Both the position numbers and the translations under genes were made by a program. Below, piece after piece: positions 61,220 through 64,000 of a stretch of DNA of 64,000 nucleotides; positions within the stretch are counted from its first letter, which is position 1, and each line of letters begins with the position of its first letter. Below the pieces are notes generated by a model that did not search any database, had not been told where the DNA came from, and saw nothing but the letters and a program-made list of their open reading frames with translations. This DNA comes from an uncultured Gemmatimonadales bacterium (GTDB lineage Bacteria; Gemmatimonadota; Gemmatimonadetes; Longimicrobiales; RSA9), in assembly GCA_963798845.1 (NCBI GenBank), contig CAWCUS010000006.1, forward strand, positions 544,001 to 608,000. The letters are read 5' to 3'.

Positions 61220-62431
61220 ATGGGCTCCACGGAAACAGCGCTTCAGTTCAGCGAGAACGTTCGACGACTGCAGCCGTCTGCGACCATCTCCGTTTCCTCC
61301 CTCGCCAAGGAGCTTCAGGCGAAGGGGCGCGACATCATCAATCTCAGCGCCGGCGAGCCGGATTTCCCCACGCCGGCCTTCATCGCCGAAGCCGGGATCG
61401 CGGCCATCCGCGCCGGACGCACTCGCTACACCCCGGCTCCCGGTCTTGCCGATCTCCGCGCGGCCGTCGCCGCGGCGCTGCACCGGGACCACGGGGCCGA
61501 GACCGATGCGGCCGGCGTGGTGGTCTCGTCCGGCGCGAAGCAGGCGCTGTTCAACGCCATCTTCGTGCTCACCGGCCCCGGCGACGCCGTCATGGTGCCG
61601 GTGCCGTACTGGACCAGCTACCCCGAGCTGGTGCGTCTCGCCCGCGCCGAGCCCGTCTGGGTGCGTGGGCCGCGAGAGCGCGCGTACAAGGCGAGCCCGG
61701 AAGCGCTGGAGGATGCCTGGACGCCGGCCGTGCGTGCGCTTCTGATCAACACGCCCTCCAACCCGTCCGGCGCGGTCTACACGCTCGAGGAGCTGACCGC
61801 GATCGCCGAGTGGGCGCGGGCGCGCGGCGTCTGGCTCATCAGCGACGAGATCTATGCCCGCCTCTGCTACGTGGCGCCTCGCGCTCCCGGACTCCTCAAT
61901 CTCCCGGCGGAGCTGAGGGAGCGGGTGGTGGTGGTGAACGGGGCGTCCAAGGCGTTCGCGATGACCGGATGGCGGATCGGGTTCTCGTACACGCTGCCGG
62001 CGCTGGCGTCGAAGATCGCGGCGCTCCAGAGTCACATGACATCGAACGCGGCGACGCCCTCACAGTATGCCGCGCTGGCGGCGTTCACCGCCTCTCCGGA
62101 GCAGGAGCGGGAGATCGACGCCATGGCCAGGGAGTTCCGCGCCCGGCGGGATCTGGTGGCGCAGCTGGCCGCGCGCCACCTGCCGGGCGCGGACGCGCTG
62201 GTCCCGGACGGGGCCTTCTACCTCTTCCTGCGCGCCGACCAGTGGTACGACGGGGCGCACCCCGACTCGGTCTCGTTCTGCCGTCGGCTGATCGAGGAGG
62301 CGGGCGTCGCGCTGGTCCCCGGCTCCGCGTTCGGCGAGGATCGCTATGTCCGGCTCTCGTTCGCGGCCTCCCGTAAGGACATCGAAGACGCGTTCCTCCG
62401 CATCGCCCGCGCGCTGGGTACCGCCGCGTGA
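61220..62431 (+). CDS. class I PLP-dependent (aspartate-type) aminotransferase
   Basis: GEPDF, PYWTSY, NTPSNPSG, SDEIY, SKAFAMTGWRIG, PGSAFG. Confidence 0.93.
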   Translation: MGSTETALQFSENVRRLQPSATISVSSLAKELQAKGRDIINLSAGEPDFPTPAFIAEAGIAAIRAGRTRYTPAPGLADLRAAVAAALHRDHGAETDAAGVVVSSGAKQALFNAIFVLTGPGDAVMVPVPYWTSYPELVRLARAEPVWVRGPRERAYKASPEALEDAWTPAVRALLINTPSNPSGAVYTLEELTAIAEWARARGVWLISDEIYARLCYVAPRAPGLLNLPAELRERVVVVNGASKAFAMTGWRIGFSYTLPALASKIAALQSHMTSNAATPSQYAALAAFTASPEQEREIDAMAREFRARRDLVAQLAARHLPGADALVPDGAFYLFLRADQWYDGAHPDSVSFCRRLIEEAGVALVPGSAFGEDRYVRLSFAASRKDIEDAFLRIARALGTAA

Positions 62432-63124
62432 CGCCGGCTGAACCGGGCCTCGCGGCGAGGCTGTCGGAGTACGTCGGGGGGCTGTTCGCGCGCGAGGACG
62501 CGCTCCTGGAGGAACTTCGCGAGGAGATCTCGCGACAGGGGCTGCCGGAGATCTACATCTCCGCCGAGGTGGGGCGCCTGCTGCAGGTCCTGCTCACGGC
62601 CGTCGGCGCGCGGCGCGTCCTGGAGATCGGCACGCTGGGCGGGTACAGCGCCATCTCGGATGGCCCGGGCGCTCCCTCGCCAGGGGCGCCTCCTCTCGCT
62701 GGAGATCGACCCCGAACGGGCGGAGCTCGCGCGCGGCTTCATCCGCCGCGCCGGTCTGGAGGACCGCGTGGAGGTGCGGGTGGGGGACGCGCGGGCGCTG
62801 TTGCCCGGACTCGAACGCGAGGCGCCGTTCGACGCCGTCTTCATCGATGCCGACAAGGAAGGGTACGGCGCGTATCTCAATGCGGCGCTCGCGCGTCTCC
62901 GGGCGGGCGGGCTTGTCCTGGCGGACAACGCCTTCTGGAGCGGCCGGGTCCTGGACGAGGTGCCGGATTCGGCGTCAACGCGCGCGATCCGCGTTTTCAA
63001 CGACCGGCTCGCTTCCGAGCCGCGGCTGACGGGGACGATCATCCCCGTCGGCGACGGCCTGGCCGTGGCCGTCGCCGACGGAGGAGGCCGGCCTACCGAT
63101 CCGAAGACGACTTCTGGTCGATGA
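62428..63124 (+). CDS. class I O-methyltransferase, single +1 frameshift near 62657
   Basis: VLEIGTLGGYSAI, then ATC-TCGG-ATG (expected ATC TGG ATG), FDAVFIDADK, LVLADN. Confidence 0.85.
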
Positions 63125-63875
63125 GCGTCTGGATCTCCTGCGGCGGGGCGAACCTGGCTGCGTCGATGGGACCGTACTGCACCGAGTCCACCGTCATCAC
63201 CTGCTCCTGCCCCATCATCTGCTGACTGATGGATGTGGCGGTGAGCACGTCGCCGAAACGCTTGTAGTCCTTGAGCAGGCTGACGACCTCGATGGAGCCC
63301 ATGGGCGTCTCCTCGTTCGAGGTCGTGGCCACCAGAAGCCCGGAGGCAATGCTGTAGCAGTCGAAGGTCTCGCGCCCGCTCTTCCACACGAGCCGGACCT
63401 TGTAGCACGGCTCGCCGTTCAGCTCCGTCTTCTCCACGGTCTCACGGGTGGTGAACATCGACGCATCGCGCATCGAGCCCCCCTCCGACGCGCCTTCCAC
63501 CATGGCGGCCAGCTCTTTCCCGTCCAGGAGCCGCGGTCCGAGGTTCGGGTCGAGCGACCAGCCGACCTCGCCGGTGTAGCCGTTCCGGACCTCGCCGAGC
63601 CCCGGGATCGTCACCACGCTCAACACCCGCGTCGGGTTCCTGGCGGCCAGGACCTCCAGTGTTCCCTGGATCCCCATGGCGGGCATGGCGAACGTGCCGA
63701 CCGTGCGGCTGTCCGGCATGGCGGAGATCGCCTTGCTGCCGCCGATCGCTTCGACGTAGCGGTCGATCAGCTTCGCGGCGGTCGGGAGGTCGGCGGCCTG
63801 GGCCGCCACCGCGACGGGGGCAACGGCTGTGATCACCAGCGCAGCCAGCAGGCGGTGGGCGGAATTCGGTTTCAT
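63093..63875 (-). CDS. secreted hypothetical protein (beta-rich, LolA-like)
   Basis: signal peptide; YVEAIGG, CYKV, DYKRFGDV. Confidence 0.75.
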   Translation of the reverse strand: MKPNSAHRLLAALVITAVAPVAVAAQAADLPTAAKLIDRYVEAIGGSKAISAMPDSRTVGTFAMPAMGIQGTLEVLAARNPTRVLSVVTIPGLGEVRNGYTGEVGWSLDPNLGPRLLDGKELAAMVEGASEGGSMRDASMFTTRETVEKTELNGEPCYKVRLVWKSGRETFDCYSIASGLLVATTSNEETPMGSIEVVSLLKDYKRFGDVLTATSISQQMMGQEQVMTVDSVQYGPIDAARFAPPQEIQTLIDQKSSSDR

Positions 63876-64000
63876 CTCGAGGCTCCTTGATGGTTGGCAG
63901 CGCGGGCGCCCATGGCGGCCGCGTCGGTGTTGTGTACGTGCTCGATCCAGCGCAGTGCGGCCTCCAGCGTGGCGTCCCTGCCGGCCAGCAGGTCCTTACG
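63872..64000 (-). CDS. C-terminus of a probable S41 family peptidase (partial)
   Basis: RKDLLAGRDATLEAALRWI; stop overlaps the next ATG. Confidence 0.45.
   Translation of the reverse strand, partial: RKDLLAGRDATLEAALRWIEHVHNTDAAAMGARAANHQGASR

Noticed and set aside
62650..62662. Programmed frameshift in the O-methyltransferase or kinase
   Set aside because: No convincing slippery site or stimulator; single-base indels are best explained as sequence error or recent mutation

Overview
High-GC bacterial chromosomal window. Gene content suggests Gemmatimonadota, but this is inference only. No rRNA, tRNA, CRISPR array or transposase/integrase was recognised. The left ~38 kb is dominated by cell-surface glycan genes. 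(i) A minus-strand unit: a KaiC/RecA-like ATPase-REC*-GGDEF* protein (BcsE-like architecture), a small single-TM partner, a HAMP histidine kinase, a sigma54 response regulator and an STT3/AglB-like GT-C running off the window edge. (ii) A lower-GC, indel-rich island: FAD oxidoreductase, NoeB-like sulfatase-fold protein, NoeA-like methyltransferase and a small 'YIDP' membrane protein. (iii) A polyprenyl-P-sugar GT2 with four GT-C/GT87-like membrane proteins. (iv) A putative synthase-dependent exopolysaccharide operon (HEAT protein, PgaC/IcaA-like GT2, TPR/beta-barrel, TPR/glycoside hydrolase) behind a sigma54-type promoter, faced by a second paralogous TPR/GH gene. The right part holds ordinary genes: ferritin, esterase, M28 peptidase, TspO, CorA, TruD, a VPS10 protein, LemA/DUF2207, MarR-like, Ndh, a GntR-ABC operon, a LysM protein, an aminotransferase and an O-methyltransferase. 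Many short tandem duplications with unit lengths divisible by 3 are scattered through it. Several isolated indels probably reflect assembly error. All calls come from reading motifs by eye; no searches were run.
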